Source: Candidatus Woesearchaeota archaeon CG1_02_57_44
GTDB lineage: Archaea > Nanobdellota > Nanobdellia > Woesearchaeales > CG1-02-57-44
NCBI GenBank assembly: GCA_001871415.1
Contig: MNWW01000067.1
Span: forward strand, 1 to 64,000
Direction of reading: 5' to 3'
DNA length: 64,000 nucleotides
How positions within the stretch are numbered: the stretch's first letter is position 1; every line of letters begins with the position of its first letter. Of this stretch, positions 8,320-18,504 are shown piece by piece. Under the pieces are notes generated by a model. It made no database searches and was not told the DNA's origin. It worked only from the letters and a program-made list of their open reading frames with translations. The position numbers and the translations under genes were made by a program.

Positions 8320-9471
8320 TCAGAGAATGTCGAAATCCATGACTGCTTGGTCTATCTGCGACCATGATCCTTTGGTGACCTTCATGACATTTCCTTCGCC
8401 GTCATACTGCGGCATCAGTGCTTGTCTGCAGAGCGACTCGCCAGCACCTATGCGCTGGTCCACCATGGTGTAGGCGACCAGGTCCTGAACATCAGATTGT
8501 GGTCCTCTGCTGAATCTTGCACTGGTTGATTCGAACAATGGCTGGCGCTCGGTCATGGTAGGGGACCATGCATAGGTCACTGTTCCCCCGGTAGGTGGGC
8601 TGTTCTTGACCAGCAGGTAGTCTCCTCGTGGAGACCATACCGGTGCGCACCCGTCGACGACTGGGCGCGTCCCTGTGCTATCGTGCAGGTACACTTCTGC
8701 GTCCACATCCCCCTTGCTGCTGTGGAACGCGACCGTTGTTCCGTCTGGACTCCACGCAGGCATGTAGAATCCGCCAGGCGCATCGATATCGAGATCGATG
8801 CTTCCTGTCTCCACATCGACGATGATGCCTTTCTTCAACACGTTCCCTTCGTGTTGCCTGAGCTTGTTCTCGATGCCCAGCGCCAGCCGAGTGCCGTCCC
8901 AGCTCGGTGTGAATGAGCCAAAAGTCATCTGCCACCCGCTGCCGACTATCCGTTCTATCATCATGTTGTCGATGATAGGGATTGCATCTTCTATCTGATC
9001 CGCTCTGCCATAGGCAATGCCGTTGCTGCATGAAAGCCCGCTCGTGCTGCCTTCTACAGAGAGGTATCCAAAATACATGAGGTCCCCTCGCAGGACAACA
9101 GGACTGAGGGGCTCAGAGAAATCTCCGCAGAGGTATTCGCCCTCGTCGCCTATCCACCTGATGCTGTGCTTCCATGTGTTGCTCATCGGGTCATTCGGCG
9201 GTCCGCGAGTGTCCAGGTTCAATGCCATGGTGTAAAGGCCCTTCTCCGCGATAGTGAGATTGTCCGGTGCGGTCTTGTGGCGCACTTCTCGCGGAGGGCT
9301 GTCAGGCAGGGTCACAAATATCTTGACGTCATGGTAATGCGTGATGTAGGCAATGGTGCCCGAAGGATACAGAGATCCTGGTTTGGTGATGGTCTGCTTT
9401 CTCCTGCAGCCAGAGGATGCGAATCCTGCCGCTGCAGCTGCGCTGAGCTGCAGAAATCGTCTGCGGTCCAT
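8320..9471 (-). CDS. Tat-signal lipoprotein with TolB/PD40-like repeats
   Basis: MDRRRFL twin-arginine motif, lipobox-like SSGC, PSWDG/PAWSPDG/PVWSPRG repeats. Confidence 0.75.
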   Translation of the reverse strand: MDRRRFLQLSAAAAAGFASSGCRRKQTITKPGSLYPSGTIAYITHYHDVKIFVTLPDSPPREVRHKTAPDNLTIAEKGLYTMALNLDTRGPPNDPMSNTWKHSIRWIGDEGEYLCGDFSEPLSPVVLRGDLMYFGYLSVEGSTSGLSCSNGIAYGRADQIEDAIPIIDNMMIERIVGSGWQMTFGSFTPSWDGTRLALGIENKLRQHEGNVLKKGIIVDVETGSIDLDIDAPGGFYMPAWSPDGTTVAFHSSKGDVDAEVYLHDSTGTRPVVDGCAPVWSPRGDYLLVKNSPPTGGTVTYAWSPTMTERQPLFESTSARFSRGPQSDVQDLVAYTMVDQRIGAGESLCRQALMPQYDGEGNVMKVTKGSWSQIDQAVMDFDIL

Positions 9472-9556
9472 AGATGCCAAAGAGTAAGAAATGATATATA
9501 AATTATGCTACTGTTTAGTGGTCATTAAGGCAGGTACGGGCTCGGATCGAACTTTT

Positions 9557-9764
9557 GCTTCGCTACAGCCGCACGGTCAGCGCGTATGCTGCGCTGTTGA
9601 GCAGAACGGAAGAAAAATGATAGCGGGGGATGGATTCAGGAACGCCTAGGGGAAACCCTACGGCCCTACCCTAGTGCGGCTTTCGCTTCGCTACAGCCGC
9701 ACGGTCAGCGCGTATGCTGCGCTGTTGAGCAGAACGGAAGAAAAATGATAGCGGGGGATGGATT
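9557..9764. repeat. 80-bp direct repeat (9557-9636 = 9685-9764) containing the last 16 nt of tRNA-iMet plus its 3' flank
   Basis: Exact duplication with period 128. Confidence 0.95.
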
Positions 9765-9823
9765 TGAACCACCGACCTGCGGGTTATGAGCCCGCCGGGC
9801 ACTCCTGACTGCCCTACCCCGCT
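9749..9823 (-). tRNA. initiator tRNA-Met(CAT)
   Basis: A1-U72 pair, anticodon stem ending in three G-C pairs, loop CTCATAA. Confidence 0.97.
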
Positions 9824-9864
9824 GTTTTGGGCCTTTGGACCAATATCCAGCAAAACCGGAAACC

Positions 9865-9872
9865 TATATAAA
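9865..9872. promoter_or_regulatory. TATA box between divergent tRNA genes
   Basis: TATATAAA (TTTATATA on the minus strand) between tRNA-iMet and tRNA-Ser. Confidence 0.65.
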
Positions 9873-9902
9873 TGTATTGCGTGTCCGAAAGCCATCGCCT
9901 GT

Positions 9903-9988
9903 GCCGGGGTGGCACAATCTGGTACTGCGTAAGCCTGCTAAGCTTATTTCCCGCAAGGGATTTCCGGGTTCAAATCCCGGCCCCGGCG
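9903..9988 (+). tRNA. tRNA-Ser(GCT)
   Basis: GCCGGGG...CCCCGGC-G, loop CTGCTAA, long variable arm TCCC-GCAA-GGGA. Confidence 0.97.
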
Positions 9989-10066
9989 TGTTCCCTCAAT
10001 CAAGGTCTCACTACTGGTCCGTGTCTGATGAAAATCATTAAATAATCACTGAATACTCCTTTTGAC

Positions 10067-11137
10067 ATGTCTGGTGGCCTGGATCTCTCGCAATTATTAC
10101 AGGGGTTGCCTATACAATCCAATGCCATCACACCTGTAGTCGAAGGCGCCTCTCCTGACGAGATTGGTCATCAGGTCGTGGATCTCTATGGGCGATGGTA
10201 TGATGTTCGTCACCATCGCCATGTTGTCGATGATAAAGAGGGTGTGGGCAAGAATTTTCTTATCCCCCTCGTCGATGCTATCCAGAGAAAATTGTCCCAA
10301 GACCCTGCACCTGCAATCACAGGAAGCGTTCAAAAGCATCTGTCTGCTCCTCAGGGCGCAGGGAACTCTACTGCTCTTGTGAGGGGTGGCGATCATCGGG
10401 TGGGTTGTGTGGGCGACAATAATCTGCCTTATGCACAATTGCAGAGCATGGTCGCTGAGCATCGGACCGCGCTTGATGCTGAGGAGGCGGGCATCAAGAC
10501 AGCATTGCAGGGTCTGATGGGCATGTACGTCCGATCGAGAGCCTTCACGCTTGAAGGCACTGTTGCCGCGGAACATGCGGGTAATGCAGGGACCCTGACA
10601 CTGCACAATGTCAGGCCCCTGGACAGGATGGCGCTCTATTATCTGTTCAATGAGCATGAGGTCCCTGTGCTCAATATCGGGCCTGGAGTCGACAGTGTGG
10701 ACGCGTTGTACCGGATTCTCTTTGAGCATCTGCCTGGGGCCAAAAGTCACTCGGAGCTACGGTCTTTCTTTCCTGAAGAGCGGGATCTGGCTTTGATTAA
10801 TCATTTCCACGATAAGCACTATGCGGTCATCCCTCTCCATGATGTTGGTTCGTCGTCACAGTATTTTGCGGCTTTCTTGACTGGACGATCTGCCGAACAC
10901 TCGGCTGATATCTTCAGAACTGAGAACGTCAGCGTTTGCCGCTTCCACGGGACCCGTTACAAAAAGACTCCCGGGTTTCCTGTGTTCGCATCGGGATACT
11001 TTGATGATGCTGATTGGGAGATGCCAGGTTTCAAACAGCACCGGTTCACAGAGCTCCTCGCGACAGTGTACACCACCTTCGTCCAAGAAGGCATATATGA
11101 TAAGCTCCATCTCAAGATGCAAACCGCGACGCGTTGA
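10067..11137 (+). CDS. hypothetical protein (356 aa)
   Basis: Long ORF, AT-rich promoter-like element upstream; no recognised motif. Confidence 0.75.
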   Translation: MSGGLDLSQLLQGLPIQSNAITPVVEGASPDEIGHQVVDLYGRWYDVRHHRHVVDDKEGVGKNFLIPLVDAIQRKLSQDPAPAITGSVQKHLSAPQGAGNSTALVRGGDHRVGCVGDNNLPYAQLQSMVAEHRTALDAEEAGIKTALQGLMGMYVRSRAFTLEGTVAAEHAGNAGTLTLHNVRPLDRMALYYLFNEHEVPVLNIGPGVDSVDALYRILFEHLPGAKSHSELRSFFPEERDLALINHFHDKHYAVIPLHDVGSSSQYFAAFLTGRSAEHSADIFRTENVSVCRFHGTRYKKTPGFPVFASGYFDDADWEMPGFKQHRFTELLATVYTTFVQEGIYDKLHLKMQTATR

Positions 11138-11614
11138 TTCTTGGAGTTGCTTTCTTGGATCCTGCTTCGGGTCACTGATCGCTTCTTTCCTGCGCGCAGG
11201 GGTGATGGGTGCTCACTGGTCACTCGCCCGCAGACATTATAATCCCGCAGTTTCTTCTGATGGGTAATCGGGAAGGGTCTCTTGTTGGCAAGCGAGGCCT
11301 CATCATTAGTCTGCCGCAGATGTTCAACCCCCTGGACTTTCGTCTATTGCTGGGCGGTTTGAAGGCAGATTCAATGTGTTGTCCTCACTACTGATGACAA
11401 CCCAATCTGTGGGGATGGTGCCGGTATGGGGGTGGTGGTGCTCCGCATGTTGTGGCAAGACTGCGCGGAACCTGCGCATAAAACCTGAGTAACCACATCG
11501 TAGTATCGGGATGCAGCATATAATATCGAGAACATATGTTTTGGTTCATATATTAGGGAACAACTAAGTATATATACGGGCGTGACTCTTACATTGAGGA
11601 AAAGGCCTTGAAAA

Positions 11615-11686
11615 ACACAACATATTGTGGAAATGTGGGCATCACTACCACAATATGTAGACTGGCTCCTTTTCCATATCTTGTGG
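11615..11686. promoter_or_regulatory. three NrdR-box-like sites upstream of nrdJ
   Basis: acaCaAcATaTtGtgg (11615-11630), ccaCaAtATgTaGact (11648-11663) and tttCcAtATcTtGtgg (11671-11686) resemble the consensus acaCwAtATaTwGtgt. Confidence 0.65.
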
Positions 11687-11732
11687 CGCACAGTGCCAAG
11701 ATGATACCAAATACAACATTTGTGGTGATGAC

Positions 11733-14732
11733 ATGAACGGAGACTCAGTTTCAGAGACAGTTGGTAAAGGACTGCACATTGAACGACGATTCACGAAGCC
11801 GGGAAAAAACCCGCTTGAGGAGGTCACCTACGAGCGCAGGTCTTCGGCTATCACAGAGCCGGACGGCAGCATCGTCTTCGAGCTCAAGGACCTTGAAGTG
11901 CCAAGCACCTGGAGCCAGCTCGCAACGGATATCATCGCCAGCAAGTACATGCGCAAGGCAGGCGTGCCCAAGACCGGCCATGAGACCTCTGTCAGGCAGG
12001 TCGTGTTTCGGATCGCGCACACCATCCGCGTGGTCGGCGAGCAGCTTGAGTACTTCTCCACGCAGGAGGATGCTGACGCTTTTGAGAATGAATTGTCTTA
12101 CATGCTCGTCAATCAGGTCGGAGCGTTCAACAGCCCGGTCTGGTTCAACTGCGGGCTCTATCAGCAGTATGGCATCAAGGGCTCCGGTGGCAACTACGCC
12201 TGGGACTTTGACAAGAACAATATCGAAATGGTCAATGACTCCTATTCACGACCACAATGCTCTGCTTGCTTCATCCAGAGCGTCGATGACGACCTGATGA
12301 GCATCTTCGAGCTGTCCAAGAACGAGGCGAAACTCTTCAAGTACGGTTCAGGCACAGGCACTAATTTCTCTGGGATCCGCGGCAGGCAGGAGAAGCTCTC
12401 CAGCGGCGGCAGCAGCTCCGGGCTCATGAGTTTTTTGGAGGTCTTGGACAAGGGCGCTGGCGCGACCAAGAGCGGAGGCACCACGCGCAGGGCGGCCAAG
12501 ATGGTCTGCCTGGACATGGACCATCCGGAGATAGCAGACTTCATCACCTGGAAGGCCAAAGAGGAGAAGAAGGCGAAAATCCTCATCGCCAATGGCTATC
12601 CGTCTGACTTCAATGGCGAAGCCTACCATACGGTCTCCGGTCAGAACAGCAACAATTCTGTTCGTATACCTGATAGATTCATGGAGGCTGCGCTGCAGGG
12701 CGGCACGTGGCAGACCACCATGCGCACCACAGGGGAGATCTTCGAGACCTTCGATGCCAAGGAGCTCATGGGTAAGATATCCCAGGCAGCGTGGGAATGC
12801 GCTGATCCTGGCGTGCAGTTCGACGACACCATCAACAAATGGCACACGTGCAAGGTCTCAGGCAGGATAAACGCCAGCAACCCCTGCTCCGAGTACATGT
12901 TCCTTGACGACACGGCCTGCAACCTGGCCAGCGTCAACCTGATGAAATTCCTGGAGCCAGACAATACCTTTGACATTGAAGGATTCAGGCACGCGTGTCG
13001 TGTCTTCATCGTCGCGCAGGAGATACTGGTGGATTTCGCCAGCTATCCAACCGAGCGCATCGCTCGCAACAGCCACATCTACCGCACACTCGGCCTTGGC
13101 TATGCTAATCTGGGGACAATGCTCATGGTATCTGGATTGCCCTATGACTCTGATGACGGCAGGGCGCTCGCGTCTGGCATCACGGCCATCATGACCGGGG
13201 AGGCGTACCTCACCAGCTCTGTCATCGCGCAGGCGAAAGGGACTTTCGCAGGCTACGCCAAGAACGCAGAGCCCATGCTCGATGTCATCAGTATGCACCT
13301 GGAAGAGGCGAATAAGATTCCGGAACTATGCCCCTCATCAGTACGAGATGCCGCCATCCAGGTGTGGGAAGCAGCGCTCGAATCCGGCAAGGAACATGGC
13401 TATCGCAACGCGCAGGTCACCGTGCTGGCGCCGACAGGAACCATCGGATTATTGATGGACTGCGACACCACAGGGGTCGAGCCGGACTTCGCGGTGGTCA
13501 AATGGAAGAAGCTCGCTGGCGGTGGCTACTTCAAGATAATCAATCAGTCTTTGCCCGCAGCCCTGCGTACACTTGGTTATGACAATGACCAGGTCGATGA
13601 CATCATCCGCTACGTCATCGGCGCCGGCACGCTGGAAGGCGCGCCGCACGTCAATCCGCTCGCGTTGCGCAAGCACGGCCTGTCGTCCCAGCAGATAGCG
13701 GACATCGAGGCGAAGATAGCAAAGAACAAGATCCTGGACGAGTACACGCCGCACATCGCGGACCTCAAGCTCACGCCAGAGCAGATGGCGGAAGCGAAGC
13801 TGTATGTCAGCGGAACAGGCACAGTCGAAGGAGCGCCTCATCTGTCCGCGGAGCACTATCCGGTCTTTGACTGCGCCAACAAGTGCGGCACGGGCAAGCG
13901 CTTCATCGCCGCCATGGGCCATGTCAAGATGATGGCCGCCGCGCAGGCGTTCATCTCCGGCGCCATCAGCAAGACCGTCAACATCCCCAACAACGCGACT
14001 GTCGATGATATCCATGACATCTATTTCGATTCCTGGAAACTGGGCCTGAAGGCGATAGCATTGTATCGCGATGGCAGCAAGGGCAGCCAGCCCCTGACGA
14101 GCAAGGCCAAGGAGGACAAGAAGGTCGTCGCGTCAGGGCCTGTCCGCGGCGAGCGCAGACGTCTGCCGCAGGTGCGAAAGGGCATGACTGTGGAGTCGCG
14201 TGTCGGCGGCAACAAGATCTTCCTTCGCACGGGCGAATACGCCGACGGCACGCTCGGCGAGATATTCATCGACATGCACAAGGAAGGCGCAGCGTTCCGC
14301 TCGCTGATGAACTGCTTCGCCATCTCTATCTCGCATGGACTGCAGCACGGTGTGCCCCTGGAGAAGTTCGTGAACGCCTTCACCTTCACGCGCTTTGAGC
14401 CCCATGGCATGACGGATCATCCGAACATCAAATCAGCGACGTCGGTCATCGACTTCATCTTCCGCGTGCTCGGCATGGAATACCTGGGTCGGACCGACTT
14501 CGTGCACAACCCGCCGGAGAAGCTGAACACGGAGATCGCCGCTGGCGCGATGCCTAAGGATCCGGCGCAAAAAGAGCTGGTCGCGTATCCTGACTTCGCC
14601 AGCATGAGCCAGAAGGCGCTGGGCGAGCTGATGGGCGACGCTCCGCCGTGCACGACCTGCGGGCACACGACGGTGCGCAATGGGACGTGCTATCGGTGCC
14701 TGAACTGCGGCAACAGCATGGGGTGCAGCTGA
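11733..14732 (+). CDS. nrdJ: class II (AdoCbl-dependent) ribonucleotide reductase with C-terminal TSCPD and Zn-ribbon domains
   Basis: FNSP, SACF, NPCSEY, APTGTI, ISKTVN, YRDGS motifs; terminal CxxC...CxxC. Confidence 0.96.
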   Translation: MNGDSVSETVGKGLHIERRFTKPGKNPLEEVTYERRSSAITEPDGSIVFELKDLEVPSTWSQLATDIIASKYMRKAGVPKTGHETSVRQVVFRIAHTIRVVGEQLEYFSTQEDADAFENELSYMLVNQVGAFNSPVWFNCGLYQQYGIKGSGGNYAWDFDKNNIEMVNDSYSRPQCSACFIQSVDDDLMSIFELSKNEAKLFKYGSGTGTNFSGIRGRQEKLSSGGSSSGLMSFLEVLDKGAGATKSGGTTRRAAKMVCLDMDHPEIADFITWKAKEEKKAKILIANGYPSDFNGEAYHTVSGQNSNNSVRIPDRFMEAALQGGTWQTTMRTTGEIFETFDAKELMGKISQAAWECADPGVQFDDTINKWHTCKVSGRINASNPCSEYMFLDDTACNLASVNLMKFLEPDNTFDIEGFRHACRVFIVAQEILVDFASYPTERIARNSHIYRTLGLGYANLGTMLMVSGLPYDSDDGRALASGITAIMTGEAYLTSSVIAQAKGTFAGYAKNAEPMLDVISMHLEEANKIPELCPSSVRDAAIQVWEAALESGKEHGYRNAQVTVLAPTGTIGLLMDCDTTGVEPDFAVVKWKKLAGGGYFKIINQSLPAALRTLGYDNDQVDDIIRYVIGAGTLEGAPHVNPLALRKHGLSSQQIADIEAKIAKNKILDEYTPHIADLKLTPEQMAEAKLYVSGTGTVEGAPHLSAEHYPVFDCANKCGTGKRFIAAMGHVKMMAAAQAFISGAISKTVNIPNNATVDDIHDIYFDSWKLGLKAIALYRDGSKGSQPLTSKAKEDKKVVASGPVRGERRRLPQVRKGMTVESRVGGNKIFLRTGEYADGTLGEIFIDMHKEGAAFRSLMNCFAISISHGLQHGVPLEKFVNAFTFTRFEPHGMTDHPNIKSATSVIDFIFRVLGMEYLGRTDFVHNPPEKLNTEIAAGAMPKDPAQKELVAYPDFASMSQKALGELMGDAPPCTTCGHTTVRNGTCYRCLNCGNSMGCS

Positions 14733-14760
14733 GGGAGCTCAGCAATATTTTTCTATTTCT

Positions 14761-15552
14761 CTATATCCCCAGCCGCTGCGCGAAGCGATAAGCCACCCTG
14801 CCGCCGAGCTGATGCGCATCGCAGTAGTCCTCGATGCAGGTCCTGGTCATCTCTAATACTCTAGGGTTGCGATATGTCTGCAGCTGTGACGATTGCCACC
14901 TTCGCAGCTCGCCTTCCAGCTGGTTCCTTCCGTGCTGGTCAGGATAGCGGACGAGTACGGGCATGGCAGCGCCTATCACATTGGTCATGTTCTTGCCTTC
15001 AGCATCATAGAATTCAGCGGCATTGTGCAGAGAGGGGTACACGCTATGATGGTTCCCATTGAAGCACTGGGGCGCTATCTGCGCTGCCGTCACTTCGTCG
15101 GAGAAGTCTATGCCGAGGAGATAACCACTGATGGCTAAATTCCGCCAGGCAGTCATCTCGTCTGAAGTGATACGCTCCTGCAATCTCTTTCCATCAGGAG
15201 GGAACATGACTATCGTTGGGCTCAAGGTCAATGCTGGATGCTCGCTTGGCGGAGTCTGCCTTAGAAGCGCATCGACCGCCGCAGGCGTGCCGACATCATG
15301 GCCTGCGCGAAAGCTCTCATACCATTTCATGCTGGCGATAGTATAGCCGAACACCGCATCGTGCAGCGCGCTTCGTGCCTGATAGCTTAACTGGCGGGTC
15401 AGCTCGGGTGCCCGTTCCGGGTGCATGTATCGAGGCTGCGGATCCGTCCTTGCTGTTGCAGCGGCCTGTGCCGGAGGCCCGGTGACCGCTGGCGCTTCAT
15501 CCGCGATAGTCCCCCCGATTCCCCGTCGAAACAATGCTGCAAATGCTTTCAT
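14761..15552 (-). CDS. hypothetical protein (263 aa)
   Basis: ORF with SD-like GAGGT upstream; no motif recognised. Confidence 0.7.
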   Translation of the reverse strand: MKAFAALFRRGIGGTIADEAPAVTGPPAQAAATARTDPQPRYMHPERAPELTRQLSYQARSALHDAVFGYTIASMKWYESFRAGHDVGTPAAVDALLRQTPPSEHPALTLSPTIVMFPPDGKRLQERITSDEMTAWRNLAISGYLLGIDFSDEVTAAQIAPQCFNGNHHSVYPSLHNAAEFYDAEGKNMTNVIGAAMPVLVRYPDQHGRNQLEGELRRWQSSQLQTYRNPRVLEMTRTCIEDYCDAHQLGGRVAYRFAQRLGI

Positions 15553-15756
15553 CGTGTACCTCTAGCACCTCTTGGAGGCGGTTGGCACTAATGGAGTTTA
15601 AAAATTTTGTGCGATGCGCTGGCGCAAGGCCCTGCAGCCCGAATGTCTTCTAGAATGTCTTGAGCTGCTGCATCTTCTCCACGAACCACATGCTCCGTGG
15701 TTTTACACCACATCTAAACAGCAACTTTTTTATCTTGCTCTGAAATTTTATGCGCT

Positions 15757-16428
15757 ATGGACGAGTTCGATCTTGAGAACCTATGCGGAAGGATTGAGCG
15801 GATGAGCAGAGACGATGTCGCCCCTGACCCCGCAGATGTCCTGCGCCTGGAGCAGTATCGCGTGACAGACCAGGGATATCCTGTGCTCATGAATTTCACC
15901 GAGACCTATACCAGAAGGTACTGCGCGTTTCGGGACGCAAAGCAGGAACATGCGAATCCGCCTGCACACGCCCCCGACCTTGAGCACATCTTCTGGAATG
16001 GTGTGGCCGGTTACTTCAGCGGCGGCGCGTTTCACGCTCCCTCTGCGGCACCATTAGGACTTGCGCTGAGCCTCGCGGGCACGCTGCCCGAAGAACTCAC
16101 CGACTTTCGCTACAGCGCCAACCAATTATTGAGTGCGACATGGGTGGGCGCGATGCTGGGCTCCCTCCTCGGCCCTACGGGGACCTATGCTGGCGCCATC
16201 GCCGGCTTCACCCTGTCCGCCCTGTACCAGACCCCTCGTGTGCACCGCGAGCGCCAGGTGCAGCAGAATAGGCAGCAGTCCGCAATGATGCGTGACCAAC
16301 AATTCTCTGATCAGAAGGAGCGGCTCATCCTTGATACCCTGGATGCGTTAACCTTCGACGTGCAAGGTCCGCGGCTGTCAGGTGCTGCTGATGCATCAGG
16401 ATATGGCTTAGATGCGAGCGCCCGCTGA
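15757..16428 (+). CDS. hypothetical membrane protein with glycine-zipper-like segment
   Basis: GAMLGSLLGPTGTYAGAIAG followed by a Q/R-rich helix. Confidence 0.7.
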   Translation: MDEFDLENLCGRIERMSRDDVAPDPADVLRLEQYRVTDQGYPVLMNFTETYTRRYCAFRDAKQEHANPPAHAPDLEHIFWNGVAGYFSGGAFHAPSAAPLGLALSLAGTLPEELTDFRYSANQLLSATWVGAMLGSLLGPTGTYAGAIAGFTLSALYQTPRVHRERQVQQNRQQSAMMRDQQFSDQKERLILDTLDALTFDVQGPRLSGAADASGYGLDASAR

Positions 16429-16565
16429 TGCATCAATGTGTCTGCAAGGATAATGTCAGGCGTCCAATATTCCCGGTGTCATCACGCTCCATGATAGGTT
16501 GATGACTGGCGCTGCAGAGTCCTCTCCCCGATACGCAGATGCCTGACGCGGGTCAATGCTGCGGG

Positions 16566-18428
16566 CTACGTCTTATAGCCGTGGATGAACACATAGCGCC
16601 AGAGCAGGCCCTGCCTGCGCTGCATCTGCATGCTGAATCCTGTTGAACGGAATAATGCCTGCAATCTGTCCTGGTCATTCACCCATTCGACATTCGGCAG
16701 GATGTGAAAGAAGCGGTCATACTCGACAAAGACGGCGCGCCCGCCTTTTGGTAGTCTCTTTGCGATATCCTGGAGCAATTTTTTTGGATCATCCGCTTGG
16801 CTCAGGCCGCCGATGCTGATGACCGCGTCCACTCGGGGGATCCGCTTGTGGATATGATGCTCCTCGAGGAAGACCTGCACATGCCTGTGCCCGTATTGTC
16901 TCATGCGCTCCTGCACCAGCAGGATCTCGCCAGGAGAATCGTCCTGCGCATAGACTGCTCCTCCTCGGGCAGCTTCTGCGAGATGCAAGGTAAGGGTGCC
17001 GATGTTGCAGCCCACTTCCATGATGCGCTTCCCTTCGAGATCACCGAGCAACCCGGTGGCTTTCCTGCGCACCCAGAGAGGGAATTCCAGATGCTCCGTC
17101 ACGGTCCGGGAGCGGGCCAGGATATCCTTGATCCTTGAGAAGAAATGCGGGCTGTAGTATGCCTGCACCAGAAAATAGACCGGCAGGCCCAGGAGCATGA
17201 ATGATGCCACCAGGCGCAGGCTCTGCATCGCGCCTGGCGTTATGCGCAGCCACAACGCGATGAGGGAGAGGAACAGCAGGATGACGAGGGACGCGCCGAC
17301 CTTGCCGCCCGGAGCGGTGTAGTACACTCGCTTGGGCACCTTCTTCCTGAGGACGATGAATGCCATCATGACCGCGCTGTACATGAGCAGTATCAGGGGG
17401 ACGAGCATCGCGAGCAATGACTCATAGTTGCCAGCGCCCGCGAAGACCAGTATGATGGAGACGATGGTCTGCAGCAGGATGGCCTTATGGGGCGTCTGAT
17501 TGACTGGATGAATCTGCGCGAACTGACGGGGGAAGAGCAGGTCCTGACTCATGGCGAGGATGAGCCTTGGCGCCGCGACTATCCATCCTGCGACAGAGCC
17601 GATGATGGACAGGTAGACGAGCAGCGTGAATATCGGCGACGCCACAGACCCGAAGGCCCGGGAGGCCAGGTCGGTGAACGGAGCATGACTTCCTCCAAAG
17701 GCATTAGAGGGGATGGATCCCAGCGATGCGAGCACCAGTGTCAGACAGATGACGGTGATGATGGTCGTGCCCAGGATAAGCGCCTTGGGCAGCACTCGCC
17801 TCGCATCCTTGGTCTCCGCGGCGAGGAACGTCGCAGTCTCCCAGCCAAAGAAGGTCTCGGCGATGAGGAACACGGTCACGGGCAAGGAGCCGCCGACGAA
17901 GAATGGCCGCATGTTGGCGGACGAGAACAAGAAGAGATTGCCCAGCGCGACCATGCCGACGGTCCCCAGTGTGATGATCGCGAACACCATGAGCATGACA
18001 GCGCTCGTCTGCATGCCGCGATAGGCGATGTAGTTGAAGAGGAGGATGAAGATGATGGATACCGCTATCTTCGGCAGGTACGCGGGGATGGGCAGCAGGT
18101 ACTGCACCGCGCCCACGACGAGCATCGCGATAGTGATATTGCCCCCGACCAGCGCGGCCCAGCCGATGAGGAAGGACCAGAACCTGCCGAAGGCCTGCTT
18201 GCAGAACTCATAGATGCCGCCTTCCTTCGGATAGAGCGCAGTCAGCTCAGCGAAGAGCATGGCGATGTAGATGGACACAATCCCCATGAACAGCCAGGCA
18301 AGGATGGATGCAGGCCCGGAGACTCGCGCGCCGACAGCGGGCAGGAAGAAGATGCCGGTGCCCATGATGGCATTGATGGTCAGCAGGATGATGACGGGGT
18401 ACGAGAGCACCTTTCGCAGCCGGGCCAT
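16566..18428 (-). CDS. APC-family amino acid permease fused to a C-terminal class I SAM-dependent methyltransferase domain
   Basis: GTGIF, FAEL..YPKEGG.Y and FFGWE motifs; C-terminal IMEVGCNIG motif I. Confidence 0.9.
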   Translation of the reverse strand: MARLRKVLSYPVIILLTINAIMGTGIFFLPAVGARVSGPASILAWLFMGIVSIYIAMLFAELTALYPKEGGIYEFCKQAFGRFWSFLIGWAALVGGNITIAMLVVGAVQYLLPIPAYLPKIAVSIIFILLFNYIAYRGMQTSAVMLMVFAIITLGTVGMVALGNLFLFSSANMRPFFVGGSLPVTVFLIAETFFGWETATFLAAETKDARRVLPKALILGTTIITVICLTLVLASLGSIPSNAFGGSHAPFTDLASRAFGSVASPIFTLLVYLSIIGSVAGWIVAAPRLILAMSQDLLFPRQFAQIHPVNQTPHKAILLQTIVSIILVFAGAGNYESLLAMLVPLILLMYSAVMMAFIVLRKKVPKRVYYTAPGGKVGASLVILLFLSLIALWLRITPGAMQSLRLVASFMLLGLPVYFLVQAYYSPHFFSRIKDILARSRTVTEHLEFPLWVRRKATGLLGDLEGKRIMEVGCNIGTLTLHLAEAARGGAVYAQDDSPGEILLVQERMRQYGHRHVQVFLEEHHIHKRIPRVDAVISIGGLSQADDPKKLLQDIAKRLPKGGRAVFVEYDRFFHILPNVEWVNDQDRLQALFRSTGFSMQMQRRQGLLWRYVFIHGYKT

Positions 18429-18504
18429 GGCAGTAGCTGGCGACAGGGGTGTTTATAAATGCTGCGTACAAACCATTATTACCAGTGCGTTACTGCCATC
18501 ATCT

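Noticed and set aside
1..9823. Integrated provirus or island bounded by the tRNA 3' duplications
   Set aside because: Each pair of copies is only 48-57 nt apart, the two pairs are unrelated in sequence, no integrase is present, and the genes between are housekeeping
11138..11400. Gene or RNA in the long gap before the nrdJ promoter
   Set aside because: No convincing ORF, repeat or extended pairing found by eye
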